Shown here: positions 1-23,557 of the stretch, in pieces
How the letters are laid out: each line of letters begins with the position of its first letter
Numbering within the stretch: the first letter of the stretch is position 1
Assembly (NCBI RefSeq): GCF_009914755.1
Contig: NC_060927.1
Origin: the human T2T-CHM13v2.0 reference genome, Homo sapiens
Length of the DNA: 64,000 nucleotides
Strand: one strand, 5' to 3'
Notes under the pieces: model-generated
Told to the model about the DNA's origin: nothing
The model's input: the letters and a program-made list of their open reading frames with translations, nothing else
The model's database searches: none
Position numbers and translations under genes: made by a program

Positions 1-1393
<1,393 letters not shown>

Positions 1394-2585
1394 TTAGCTC
1401 CCACTTATAAGAGAGAACATGTGGTATTTGGTTTGTTCCTGTGTTAGTTAGCTTAGGATAATGGTCTCCAGCTCTGTCCATGTTGCTGCAAAGGACATGA
1501 TTTCATTCTTTTTTATGGCTGTGTTGTATCCCATGGTATATATGTACCAAATTTTCTTTATTCAATCCACTTTTGAAAGGCACCTAGGTTAATTCCATGC
1601 CTTTGCTATTGTGAATAGCGCTGTAATGAACATACGACTGTGTGTGTCTTTTTAGCAGAACAATTTGTTTTCCTTTGGGTATATACCCAGTAAAGAGATT
1701 GCTGGGTTGAATAATGATAGTTCTATTTTTAGTTCTTTGCAAAACCTCCATACTGCTTTCCACAGTGGCTGAACTAATTTACATTCCCATCAACAGTGTA
1801 TATGCATTCCCAGAGAACCCTTACATACCACTGGTGGGACTGTAAACTAGAACAGCCACTATGGAGAACAGTATGAAGATTCCTTAAGAAAATACAAATG
1901 CAACTACCATATGATCTAGCAGTCCCACTACTTGGCACTCATCCAAAGGAAACGAAATCAGTATATACTGAAGAGACATCTGCACTTCCATGTTTAGTGC
2001 AGCAGCATTCACAATAGCCAAGATATGGAATCAACCTATGTGTTCAACAACAGATGAACGGATAAATAAAATGTGGTATATATACATAATGGAACACTCT
2101 TCAGCCATCAAAATAATGAAATCCTGTCATTTGCAACAACATGGACAGAACTGGAGGACATTGTGTTAAGTGAAAAAAGCCAGGAACAGAAAGTTAAACA
2201 GTGCATGTTCTTACTCACATGTGGAAGCTAAAAACATAAAAACACTTGATCTCATAGAAGTAAAAGGTAGAAGAGAGGATACTAGAGGCTGGGAAGAGTA
2301 GGGGAAATTGGGGGGGTAGGGGGATAGGGAAAGATCTGTTAAAAAATATAAAATTATATCTAGATAGGAGGAATATGTTCTAGTGTTCTATACCACTCTA
2401 GGATGACTGTACTTATCAATGTATAGTTTCAAATTGCTAGAAGGAGGATATTGAAGTTTCCTAATGTAAAGAAATGATAAATGTTTGAAATGGTAGATAT
2501 GCTACTTACAGTGATCAGGTCATTATACATTATATGTATTTAAACATCACTATGTACCTCATAAATATATACAATTATTACATGT
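1394..2585. mobile_element. L1 3'-end fragments (minus strand to ~1810, plus-strand L1M-type 1811-2585)
   Basis: Typical L1 ORF2-end/3'UTR motifs (attcacaatagccaagatatggaatcaacct; gttcttactcacatgtggaagct). Confidence 0.82.
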
Positions 2586-2849
2586 CTTTTTGTTTTTTCT
2601 CGACAGGGTCTGGCTCTCTCACCCAGGCTGGAGTGCAGTGGTACAATCACAGCTCACTGCAGCTTTGATTTTGCAGGCTTAAGCGATGTTCCCACCTCAG
2701 CCTCCTGAGTAGTGGGACTGCAGGTGTGTCCCACTCTGCCTGACTAATTTTTTCTATTTTTATTTTAGAGACCTCCCAAAGTGCTGGGATTACAGGCATA
2801 AGCCACCATGCCCAGACTACTATATGTCAGTTTAAAAAATAAAATAAAC

Positions 2850-5297
<2,448 letters not shown>

Positions 5298-5299
5298 GT

Positions 5300-6360
<1,061 letters not shown>

Positions 6361-6494
6361 AAGCTCAAGCCAGTGTTTGAACCCAGACAGTCTCACTCTA
6401 TAGCCCTATGTTATACTTCCTCCATTGAAATGCTAATAAAAGCCATCCCACTTTAAAAAAAGGCATGAGCCACTGCGCCGGCACACAGTTCGTT

Positions 6495-6863
6495 TTAATG
6501 GGCTAAGTCAAGATGTTGGAGGGGCTGCCTTCCTTCTGGAGGCTCTAGGGGAGAATCGACTGCCTTGCCTTTTTCAGCTTCCAGAAGCGGCCTCCATGTC
6601 TGCATTATCACAATCTCTACTTCTGCCATCTCATGTTCTTCTCTGACTCTCCTGTCTGCCTCTTTTCACTTGTAAGGATCCCTGTAATTACTCTCTTGCC
6701 TGTCTCTTTCACTTGTAAGGATAATCCAGGATAATCTCTCCTTCTCAAGGTCCTTAATTCGATTGCATCTGCAAAGTTTCTTTTGCTATATAAGGTAACA
6801 TATTCATAGGTTCTATGCATTAGGATATGGACGTTGTTGGGGAGCTATTATTTTGCCTGTCAC
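6495..6863. mobile_element. MLT1-type MaLR LTR fragment
   Basis: ctggaggctctaggggagaatc…ataatccaggataatctc…taaggtaacatattcataggtt motifs. Confidence 0.7.
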
Positions 6864-6941
6864 ACTCCACTACCTTCACGTCTTTGCTCAATATCCCTTT
6901 CAGTAGGGTCTTCACTGACCAGCCTTCATAAGATCGCATTA

Positions 6942-7280
<339 letters not shown>

Positions 7281-7819
7281 ATCCCCCTTCCCCGTTTTTT
7301 TAGTGCTCACTACTATCTCATGTATGCTATATTTTTCTTATTTATCTTTTGTCTCTAACCAGAATATGAATTCCATGAGAGAACAGATTTTTGTCTACTT
7401 TTTCAGTGCTGTATTCCTAGTGCCAAGAACAATGCTTGACATTTGAATAGATGTCCAAGTACAGTTGAATATATATATTTTTAATGGAATGTAATTATAT
7501 TTGTAGTATTTATTTCTCAGAAGAATAAACTTGATTGGTAACTTGAGTCAGGCTAGTTGGTATTTCATGATGATACAACATGAAATTTCATTAACAAAGG
7601 GTGTGTAATCTTAGGGATGCAGTACTGGAATTCCCTTATTGCAGTTAATACATTTGTATATAGATTTCCTATGGGAATGTGTAATGAAAAAAAGAAGCTG
7701 CTAACTGGAAGCATTAAAAGTGGAATCCATGAACTGCTTGTTAGTTGCTAAAATAAAGAATTTTGAAATCAGAGTATCATGCAATATTAAAATTTGTGTT
7801 ATCATAAATAACTCTAGAT

Positions 7820-7992
7820 TAGTGCTTCTCAAACTTTAATATGCATATGAATCATAAACTATAATGTGCATATAAATTACCTGGGAACATTGTCAAAAAT
7901 GCAGATTCTTACTCAGTAGGTCTGAGGTAGGGTCTGGCATTCTGTATTGAGTTTCTGGGTGATGTTGATGCAGCTGTTCTGTGGAATAGCAA
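7820..7992. mobile_element. MER5A-like hAT fossil
   Basis: agtgcttctcaaactttaat…aaaaatgcagattct…gtgatgttgatgc motifs. Confidence 0.65.
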
Positions 7993-8330
7993 AATGTTTC
8001 ATGACATTAAAACCAGAAATTTCAAAAGTAATACTTTTTCTTTTGTAGGAAAGATGTTAAAAGCTGAAGTCTGGGAATCTGAAGCAAGAATCAGTCTGAT
8101 CAAATCGTACCATCATGGGTTACTGATGTGATAGGGTATTTTCTGAACTGAAATATCACTTTCCTTTGACCAAACATCATGCACTGAAGACTGACATTTG
8201 TGATGTATAACGGCTGGTTTAAACATGAAGGCAGGGAAAAAGGCAGACTGTGGAAAAGTAGACTGAGGAGTGGCGAGGGATCAAGGAAGCAGAAGAAAAG
8301 ACTGGAACGCCTACTTAATTTTTTGTAGGG

Positions 8331-8690
8331 TGTATTTGTCTGTTTTCATGCTGCTGACAAAGACATACCTGAGACTGGGTAATTTATAAAGAAAAAGAGG
8401 TTTAATGGACTCACAGTTCCATGTGGCTGGGGAGGCCTCACAATCATGGCGAAAGGCAAAAGGCATGTCTTACATGGTGGCAGACAAGAGAGAATGAGAG
8501 CCAAGTGAAGGGAAATCCCTTATAAAACCATCAGATCTCATGAGACTTATTCACTACCACGAGAACAGTATGGGGGAAACCATCCCCATGATTCAATTAT
8601 CTCCCACTTGGTCCCTCCCACAACATGTGGGAATTGTGGGAGCTATAATTCAAGATGAGACTTGGGTGGGGATACAACCAAACAATATCA
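8331..8690 (-). mobile_element. THE1 solo LTR (MaLR)
   Basis: TG…CA termini, THE1 core (gactcacagttccatgtggctggggaggcctcacaatcatgg), 5-bp TSD taggg. Confidence 0.9.
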
Positions 8691-9122
8691 TAGGGTAAGA
8701 CTTTCATAAATACAAATCTATATTTACATAAATGAAATTATTAATATATCCCACATGTCAAACACTCTTTCTTCTCTCTTCCTTAGTCCTCCTACCCCAC
8801 CTCCATGTTGCATGTCTGCAATCTTGAATGTATCCTTGCATCTTTTCCCAAACTTAAAATCATATATCATTCACACATGCATTGATTTTTTTTGGTTATT
8901 GTTTTTGTCATCATGAACAGCACACATCTGGAAGTGCTGGTGTAATTTATCTATTTTTTAAAGAAAATCAAAGAGAGGAAAATCTTAGAAACCTTTAGAA
9001 TATCCATTAATACCATTAGGCTTTTAACAAAACTGTCCCACTCTCCTGGCTCATGAGATTGCTACTTTCCAAAAAGGAGTCGCTTTTAACTCTTAGTGAT
9101 TTTATCTGGTATTCTGTTCTAG

Positions 9123-9753
<631 letters not shown>

Positions 9754-10925
9754 TCTATTGGCTTTTTACAGTGGAAGGTGAGGATTCAACTCTACATATC
9801 TCCTGCATCATCACGGTTATATCAACTTTTTGGTTAAGTCAGCTTCCATTATTGTTATGTGTGTTTAAATATTAGTCATACATGAGGATATAGTGTATTG
9901 TGATACAGCCTTTGCTTTTCATTTGCTTTATTGTGAAGTTTACCTATGTTAATTCACTTCCCAAATCTGAAGAAGTACCCTCAATGTATCCACTCATCAA
10001 GTAAATCCTCCTCTTTCTTTCCCTTGGAGACCTTCCTCCTAGAATCAACTATACCCAGTTCTCATCTGGGCTGGCTACTCCTCCATCAGGATGTTGTATG
10101 ATGTCTTCCTGAGACTCTCTTCACCATCCAGTCTTGAAGACAGACAAGCAAAGCGAGAAAGGACAATTGGGAAAGGATGATGTAATCAGAAGGATCAGCA
10201 GTCTCAGTGAGCTGCTGGAACATTGGGAATTGGAGGTGAGGGAGCTGCAACCACGGAGCTCTTGCTGCCCTGACCAGCCCTGCTTTAGGTTATTCAACAT
10301 CTACCTCCAAGACAAATGTTGTTTGAGTTGCATTGTGAGGCCTCATTATATTAATGCTTCCAGTAAAAAAGAGGATATAGAAACTGCATCTTCTTCTTTA
10401 ACAACTATGAATATTACTTTACTTGAGTACTTACCTAGGTCGCATATGTACATTTTTAGAAACTCAGTATTTTCATGCACCAGTCATTCAAAAGCAATTT
10501 TGAAATGCCATAGGATTTTTTTTAAGGTCTTAATGGACACTCATATTCATAAAGAGGGAAAAATCTTAAAAATGTTCATGTAGAATAGCTAGGGCATTTA
10601 TAGCACACACAGAGATTAAGTTTTCTATCTCTGGCCTCAGACAGTCTGGGTTTAAAGACTGGTTACACAACTTGTAGGCTACAAGACCTTGGGCAAATCA
10701 GTTAACTTCTCTAAGTCTCAGTCTCTTCTTCTGTAAAGTAGGAATGATGATAAAATAATAATAATAATAACACCTGCCTTAAATATTCTAATTAAAAGAA
10801 GTAATGCATCTAATGTACTTGGTGCAAGACCACATAGGAAAGAACAATTAGCATAAAGCATTTATTATGTATTTTCTTGCTGAAATATAAAGCAGCAACA
10901 AAAGTCTGAATGTGAAAAGCCATAG

Positions 10926-13460
<2,535 letters not shown>

Positions 13461-13740
13461 TTGAACTCATTTTAATGACTATCAAGTTATTTTATTGTTT
13501 TTAACTGTGGAGAAATACATGTAACAAAATTTATCATCTTGTCATCTTAATCATTTTAATTTATCATCTTAATCATTGTTAAGTGTTTGGCTCAGCGGTA
13601 CTAAGTGCATGCACAATGTTGTGCAACCATCATTGCTATCCGTCTCCAGAACTCTTATCATCCCAAACAGAAACCCTGTGCCTATTAAATACCTCCTCAT
13701 TTCTCCCTGCCCCCAGCCCCTGGCAACCACCATCCTATTT

Positions 13741-13830
13741 TCTCACATCCAAGTACTAAATAGGCCCAAACCTGCTTAGCTTCTGAGATCTGATGGGATT
13801 GGGCGTGTTCAGGATGGTATGGCCATAGGC
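13741..13830 (-). pseudogene. 3'-truncated 5S rRNA pseudogene (~90 nt) inserted in an old L1 3' end
   Basis: Reverse complement gcctatggccataccatcctgaacacgcccaatcccatcagatctcagaagctaagcaggtttgggcctatttagtacttggatgtgaga aligns to 5S nt 1-90 with many CpG transitions. Confidence 0.92.
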
Positions 13831-14674
13831 CACCATTTTTTTTTTCTGTTTTTATGACTTTGACTACTCTAGGTACTTCGTATAAGCATAAACATACAAT
13901 ATATGAATGACTATCTAATGTTTAATACTGCCCAGCCAACCCCAAAGTCGTTCACTGCTGCTAACCTGCTTGGAGTAAACCTCACTGTAAGGAAATTCTC
14001 TCACCTCTGGGGCCGAACATCAGTTTTTTGAAATAAAAATCACTTTTATGAGACCAAAATTTGAGGGACTAGCATAGCATTAAACAGAAACTTCAAAATT
14101 GAATAAGCTATAGTAGAAAATGAGCAGTGACAGTTTGGCCTGAGTTGAGGATCAATGATTTGTGTTGAATATTTGACATGTGAGTTCATCATTAAAAATG
14201 AGAAAATTTATCCTAAAATCAATCAGCTAGAAGTGATCTCCAAATTGTTCACCTTTCTATTTATTAGTGTAAAAGAACTGATTCAGGCTGGGTGTGGTAG
14301 CTCATACCTGTAATCCCAGCACTTTGGGAGGCAGAGAACAGATCATCGCTTGAGGCCAGAAGTTGGAGGCCAGAAGTTGAAGGCCAGTCTGGGAAACATA
14401 GTGATACGCCGTCTCTACAAAAAATAAACATTAAAAAAAAATGAGCTGGACATGGTGGTGCGTGCCCATAGTCCTAGCTACTCAGGTTGCTGAGGTGGGA
14501 GGACTGCCGGAACCCAGGAGTTCAGGTTACAATGAACTGATTGTGCCACTGCACTCCAGCCTGTGTGACAAAGTGAGAACATATCTCTAGACAAAGTAAG
14601 AAATCAAAACTGATTCAGTGCTTTTAACCAGGGCAATATTAGGACCTATCTATGGGAATTCCTTTGCTTTAGGG

Positions 14675-14893
14675 CAAGGTTTCTCAACTTGTGCATTATT
14701 GACATTTGAGGCCAGATAATTTTTTGCTGTGGAGGGCTGTCCTGTGTATTGTAGGAGGTTTAGCACCTTCCTTGGCCTGTACCCACTAGATGCTAATAGT
14801 GCCTCCACATCCAAATTGAGATAATCAAAAATGTCTCCAGATACTGCCAAATGTCCTCTAGCAGGCAAAAGTTATTGCAGTTGAGAACCACTG
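14675..14893. mobile_element. MER20 DNA transposon fossil
   Basis: ggtttctcaac…gttgagaaccactg terminal inverted repeats; MER20 core ggagggctgtcctgtgtattgtagg. Confidence 0.85.
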
Positions 14894-16608
14894 CTTTAGG
14901 AAGATAGAGAAGAAAAAGCACATTTTTTGCTTTATTGATGTAATCTAACTTTGATTCTACATCTCCACTCTGACCTAAACTTTGATGAAAATTATTGTAA
15001 ATGTGGCTTTAGACTAAAACTAGCAAAACTGTCAGGCAATCTCTTTTTGCATTCACTTCCAATAAATAATAGATTTACAGTTTCTTAAGGGGAAAAATAC
15101 TGCCCCATGAGTCTGCCATTAACACTGAATGAATACAGGGAGACCAGAGCTGCACAAAGCATGCTGGTCAGCATGGTTTGCAAAAAGCAGCATCCCTGGG
15201 CGCTTTCCTACCCCGAGTAACAAGCCAGCCCCTCCCATATCACTCTAATTTCCGAGGACACATTAACACGTTTTTCCCATTACCAGGTCCACAACTACAT
15301 ATTTATAGCATGCAGACTTTAGGGGTGTCAGATGCACAGCAGGTGCTCAAATATTTAATAAGTGAATGAAGGACATCAGAACCAGGTTAGTAGTAGAGGC
15401 CAATATGTAAAAAACTGGAGTCTAAACCATCTCACTTCTGAAGTTTTCAGATTATGTAAAATTGAAGTGTTTGAGATGTTAATTCTAATTGCATTATTCT
15501 GCTGAAGTCTTCAGTGGAATCCTTAGCTCACAGACTATACCATAGAATATATATCTTAGAATATCTATGACTCCATCTTGGGCCATTCCCCACTATCTCA
15601 TGTTCTAGTCAAACCAAGTTGTGTTTAACAGTGGCCAGTTGGGGAGATACCATGTTCAGTTTGGAAAAGGAAATTCAATAGTATAACTTTACAAGATGAG
15701 AAAAACTTTTGAAATACTAACCAATAAAAGAAAAGCTATATCCAAGTTTGCTTGCTTGCAAGGATGCACAGATTTTTTTTTTCTTTTGTATTTTAGAGAT
15801 GGGGTCTCACTATGTTGCCCAGGCTGGCTTCAAACTCCTGGGCTCAAGTGATCCTCTTGCCTCAGCCTTCTGAGTATCTGGGACCACAAGTATGTGCCAC
15901 CACTCGTGGCTGTTTTTGTTGCAGATATTTTTAAAGGAGAAGGGAGGGAGATTTTTTAAATTTATGAAAATAAACAGTGGTTTATAAAGTTCCAGTGACA
16001 TGCCCTAATGCTTCTTGCCATTTTATACATCGCTGCCTTGCTACTTTTGCTTCTTTTCTCTGCTCACTCTATAACCCCCAATGTATCTCAGATACATTCT
16101 GCCTTTAGACTAGGTTTAAGCATCACCTCTTTTTCTAGGAAGCGTCTAATGATTATACCTTATTTGCAACTCCTCCAGCCCCAGCTCCTAGCTCCCATCA
16201 TTGTACCCTTTGTTTACATCATAGCACTAACCACACTGTATTATAGTTATGTGCTTTACTGTGTCCTTGAAGGGAGGTACTCAGATATCTGTTGCATGAA
16301 TGAATGCAGGTAAATTTGAATACTGAAAATCGGGTCTGTATAAAGTAAAAAAATCTTGTTTCCCTGTTCTACTGTAGATTACCATTATAATAATAAACAT
16401 TGCTATTTAAGCAACTACTGTCATCTTCAAATAAACAATGACTTTCTACACTTAGCAATTCCATATTAAAGTCATGTATAAAATTGCCTACTATGAAATA
16501 ATTGTAGATTTGCCAAAGATGTAGCTATTTGTTATAAGAATATTCAGTGAATATTAACAACCCAAGTATTAATGCTGCACACATAGAATGGAACACTTTG
16601 CTCCATTA

Positions 16609-17533
<925 letters not shown>

Positions 17534-18000
17534 TTTCTCTTTTTTTTTTTTCAACAACGGAATTCCAAACCTTTTATATGGCTGCAAAACTGTACTAATT
17601 GCAACAAAATGAATTAAACTAATACCAGAAGCAAAGATATAAAAAATTAAGTTTAAAAAGCCTCATGTATTATGGAGTAATATGCTAATTATCATTTCTA
17701 TTTACTGTAAATGCTATTCTAATTGAGCAATTATAAGCTACATTTGAATTAACCAATAGACCTGGCCTTATCAATGATGTTATCAGTAAGATTCCAGTCT
17801 TTTACTGTAAGACATAACTTAATAATAAAAGTAATTTTGACTTAAAGTCTGTAAGAACAAAATATGAAGGAACACAGCAGATTAACTACAAAATTGAAGC
17901 CTCAGGTTCAAACCACGTGTTACTTGAAAATGTCAGAAGTATATTATAGATTTAGAAACCCAGAAGAAATAAACATGTTTTACAATCTGGAATATATAAT

Positions 18001-18006
18001 TTTAAT
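18001..18006 (-). terminator. Distal polyadenylation signal ATTAAA
   Basis: tttaat on + strand; minus-strand downstream element tgtttatttcttctgggtttct. Confidence 0.6.
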
Positions 18007-18753
18007 TAGTTCTCAGCAGTGCAGTAAATGAACAACACTTATTAATAATTAATTTGGGAGAGAATAGCAGGAGGAAAAATATAAACAGTAGCTTTTTGTG
18101 ACCATTTTTAAGTAGCTGACATCTCAGTATGTTTCTGGAATGAACAAATTAAGGGTGTATTGTATATAGTGATTTAAATAATCAGCTTTCTTATAGTCTT
18201 ATCAACTGAGATTATAAAATTGTAAACACAATTTTTCCATGTTTACATCTACTAGCTTTCATTTGGACACGTTAAACCATATTTTTCCATTATGTAGTTA
18301 ATTCATTTCTTGAGTGCCTGCCTGCCATTAGATGCCAGGTGCTTATCTAATTTTCCAGTTAGTTACTGTTCAGCTTAAGTCACTCTACTTGGTTGTCAAC
18401 AGTAGTTAAAGCAGTATCTTAAACCAGAGGTCAAAATTAAATCAATATTTTGATTCGAAATGATTACAAACATATCCAAAGGTCATAAAATGCTACTGAG
18501 AAGAGTTGTGTTTAAAATGCATTTTCTTCTTACAGATAAGCTGTAATATATACATGCGTATGTAGCTATATACCTTTGATTGTGGTAGCTACACCTGAAA
18601 AATCTTTTCTCCTCAGATGAACTTACAAAATTCAAGAGACCACCACTGATACAAGACCGTCTAAAGTTAAAATAAAACTGAGTGACTTGTTACACAGTGA
18701 GACAGAAAAACTGATATACATTATTAACTTTTTCAAGTAATGTTATGTACAGT

Positions 18754-18759
18754 TTTATT
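18754..18759 (-). terminator. Candidate alternative polyA signal AATAAA (further candidates at 19440-19445 and 19515-19520)
   Basis: tttatt on + strand inside the 3'UTR. Confidence 0.45.
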
Positions 18760-20363
18760 GCCAGTATATGCACAACAGTAAGCATAGAACTATAAATACA
18801 CAATGTAATTAACAGTAGAAAACAAAATTGTTACAGGTAGAGGGAGAGGATATAGAGAAACTTTTCCTGCTGCTAGAACAGAAAGAAAGGGGAAAGCCTA
18901 TGACAAATCATCCATTCAGTACTCTTGTCTTAAATTCTTTACATATATTTCTACATTTTTTTCAGTTAAACAAAGTACAGATAACTCTGCAACAATGGCA
19001 AACTGCTTCCCTAATAGCTATTTGCCTTTTCAATCAAATTCACTTTATATTAGGATTAAAAAAAAGTAAAGATGAGAAATCATTAGTATCCTGGTTCCAA
19101 ATTATCTAATTTAGCCTTTCACCAAAACTGGTAATTTTTGAGTCGGCTGCACATGAAAAGAATGGGTGTAGCAAGAGGTGATTAAAAAAATTTGCTAAAA
19201 AGTAACAGAAAATCACCCTTTAAGTAGTTTTCCAAAAGACACTATAGGCAGCAGCTCAGTTAAAAGTATTAGCCCTGAAGAGGTAGAGAATTTGAGCCCA
19301 TTATACAAAGACAGCCTTGGCACCATCTTCTCTCTCATCAGGATCAATATTTTCAAGTAAGACAATTTCATGGTAAAAGGAAACCAGGTTCCACCATTTA
19401 AAGAAAAGGTGCTGGTCACTCCCATGTCTCGATAATTTGTTTATTACGTGAGAAACAGAAGACGGTCAAGGACACACACGCACTTGATTTTTTTTGTCCG
19501 TTTCCATTATCAAGTTTATTCATAAGTGAATTTGATATTAATAAATACAAAAAAGCATCATTCACAACAAAGATATAAACAAACCAAAATAAACCCTGCA
19601 ATAAAACCTTCTATTTCAGTAAGTATCAAGAAAAAACAGGCAGATGATTTGGTGCAGCTTTCTTAAGGGATCATAGAAGGGACATGGTTTTAAATAAAGA
19701 TGGCAAGATCAATAACCAATAGACAATATCAGTTTTACAGAACTGGCTGATTCTGTAACATCTGTCTTTGAGGTTTTAGTTTTCAAACTATAGATCACCC
19801 CAAAGAAGTTGCAACTAATGACATGTATCACCATCACACAAACGGAGTCCAGCTGTAGTTCAAATTAGTCCTGCTTTGTTTCACATCATTTAAATATTTC
19901 TAGCATAGGACATGATACGAAACAAAACTCAAAGTAGCAATAAAAATATTATTCTGCAGTTGAATAAAAGCAAAAATGTTTTAGACTGTTAAACTTTTAA
20001 AGCTTTAAGCATTCCTGTTTAACCAGCATTTAAAAAAATTTATACAATCATAACACTGGCAAAGGTTAATGGGAAGACAAAGTACAAACATGTGAAATGA
20101 TGAATTAAATTAAAAATTACTTTGTGTCGATCAGTTGATGTTAATACTGCTTCTTCTTGAATTTGGAATAACTATCATAAAAGTTACATGCAGACTGAGG
20201 ATAGTCCTCTGTTACAGAAAATACAAAACGAAACGAAACAAAAAACTAAAACTGGGAAACAATAGTAAGTTCCAAAGGATGTGTTTGAGAACTTCCTTTC
20301 ATTGATGAGGGTGGTCTATCTGTCCTTTCTTTTGAGAGACCTGGTTCGCTGTGATGAGCTTCA

Positions 20364-20450
20364 CTAACTTTGTCCAGAAACATCAGTAGTGGGATCAGCT
20401 CCTCCAGAACCTGTTTGTGCACGTTTGATGTAAAGATTCAGTAGCTTCAT
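20364..20450 (-). CDS. CLASP2: CLASP2 terminal exon, coding part (MKLLNLYIKRAQTGSGGADPTTDVSGQS*)
   Basis: Acceptor ctgcag|ATG; TAG at 20364-20366 followed directly by an in-frame TGA; KLLNLYI motif of the CLASP C-terminus. Confidence 0.95.
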   Translation of the reverse strand: MKLLNLYIKRAQTGSGGADPTTDVSGQS

Positions 20451-20746
20451 CTGCAGATTCAAGCCAAATAAATGTCATTTGAGCAAGCTGCTCCAAATTA
20501 TAAGATACTCATTAAAATATTATATACATATATGTGAGCTCTGAAAGATAGATTTTAGGCTGGGGGTTACTATAATGCCCAAGTTATTGTTGATAATTAG
20601 GAATAACAAATTATTTTTTTTTTGCCTAGCACATCTGAAAAAAATATAAAAAGTCAAAAAAGTTTCTAAGTCTTGAAAGTTGTTCATGACAGAGTATTTT
20701 ATCATGTCTTTTCAAAATATATTGTAGGGATCACATATAAAACTTT

Positions 20747-21423
<677 letters not shown>

Positions 21424-21745
21424 ACATTAAAGTAAACTCAGAAGTCACCATTAAAGCAATAATAACAAACAATTGAGTACTAGGTGTTACACGATATGCT
21501 GTTTTACATTATATCTTTATCTTCATATTTTATAGATGAGGAAATCACAATATAGAATGGTTAAGTGACTGCCTGAGGTCACAGGGGTGGGTAAGAAGTT
21601 GGCAAAAATAGGAATTCAGGTATTTGGGTTACAGGACCTAAGATCTTAGACCATGAAGCCACTGTCATCCTACCAAGAATGTTTTAAATATCTCTGTGTC
21701 ATTCTGCAGTCTTTGTATGAGATCATGACTTTATGAAGTTTGTAA

Positions 21746-22189
<444 letters not shown>

Positions 22190-23386
22190 TAAACATTAAC
22201 TCTTTGATCCAAGAGTTTTTAACCTGGTAGCCATGGGATTCAGGGGATCACAGAACCCTCTGAAACGACATGTAATTGTTTCCATTGTGCATTTTTCTAT
22301 TTTTTTTAAAACTTTGTCTCTCATGGTTTTATCTGAATGCATTTTTCTTAAGATGAGATTTTACCTAAGTCTCGAGGTGGTTTATAACCCGAGTTAAGAA
22401 TTATTGTTAAATCTATCTATAACTTAATGTAAAGTGTGTTACCTAGGCTCATTTTCCATTATATGTATATTCTGCTTTTTTGCTATTAAAAGATAAAATT
22501 TGACCACAGTAAGACAATCCTTAGGGTTTCAGAAATTCTTTAAGTGACGGTGAGTGCTTTCTGCTAAATGGTTCATAAGCCATGATTCAACAATCAGAAG
22601 TTATCTTCACCCTTGAGAACAAACTTCTAATTCAAAACAATTATTATCATTTTTATTATTAGAGACACGGTCTTCTCAGTATGTTGCCCAGGCTGGTCTC
22701 AAATTCCTGGTCTCAAGTGATCCTCCCACCTCGGCCTCCCAAAGTGATGGGATTACGGGTATGAACCACTTTGCCTGGCCACCTTAGCAGAATGAATTTT
22801 AAAGTACTGGTAGTAGCAATCAAATGAGAAAGGCAAGACTTACTTATTTTTTTAAGTCTGAACAATGAATTAGAAAACTTTTATTTTAACACACCAAGTT
22901 AAAGTTGCACATTAATTTGGATAATAGAAAGAGAAGAACAAATATTTGATTATCATAGTTCTTAAGGGGAAAAATTTTTAAATGTGCAAGTATTCTATAT
23001 TTGGAGAGATATACAGTAATCCATTAATATATATAACCACAACAGTCTATTTATTCTTAATAAAACAGTGGTCAGGGGTAAAGATTTGGGTCTGGGATTT
23101 GGTAAGGAGTCAGCTAACTATTATAAATAACCAGAAGCTGCAGGCATTTTCTCTCACAGAAACCTACCCATCACCCCAACAAACTGCTGACTTCACCTGA
23201 GTGAACATCTAACAAATGTTAGAGTAGAAAAAGATAAAATACAAAACAGAAATAATAAGGGCAAGTTGGATGCTCAAAGCCTGACTTATTAAATGCCAAA
23301 TAAAAAGCTTACTGTTACAGACATGTAACTAAGTTTTGAAAGATGTACTATGGCCACCATCTCTAAAACACAGCAGCACTACTTAC

Positions 23387-23503
23387 TTTACTGCCAGTAA
23401 GTTGACTGAGATGTGGTTTTAGTTCATCACCAATTACCGCATGAACAGCCACCAGGCAGAAGACACAAGCTTTCCGAACACTGCTCTCTGAATTATCATA
23501 ACC
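23387..23503 (-). CDS. CLASP2: CLASP2 penultimate exon (GYDNSESSVRKACVFCLVAVHAVIGDELKPHLSQLTGSK)
   Basis: Acceptor ttctctccgtag|GGT, donor AAA|gtaagt; 117 nt; contains the CLASP C-terminal SSVRKA motif. Confidence 0.96.
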
Positions 23504-23509
23504 CTACGG

Positions 23510-23557
23510 AGAGAAGTCCACTGTTAGTACTCCAGAGAAGTCCACTGTTAGTACTCC
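23510..23557 (-). promoter_or_regulatory. 24-bp perfect tandem duplication carrying two TACTAAC branch-point motifs
   Basis: Minus strand reads (ggagTACTAACagtggacttctct)x2 ccgtag|exon. Confidence 0.85.

Larger units (their letters stand above)
17980..20363 (-). other. CLASP2: CLASP2 3' UTR (~2.4 kb; distal end approximate)
   Basis: AU-rich stretch with no recognisable repeats after the stop codon; ends shortly after ATTAAA with a U/GU-rich tract downstream. Confidence 0.75.

Noticed and set aside
10134-10583. 149-aa non-Alu ORF on + strand
   Set aside because: Starts at TTG, no recognisable domain or splice support; compatible with chance
18561-18593. tgtagcta…tagctaca hairpin in the 3'UTR
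   Set aside because: An 8-bp stem is expected by chance; no evidence for a structured RNA family
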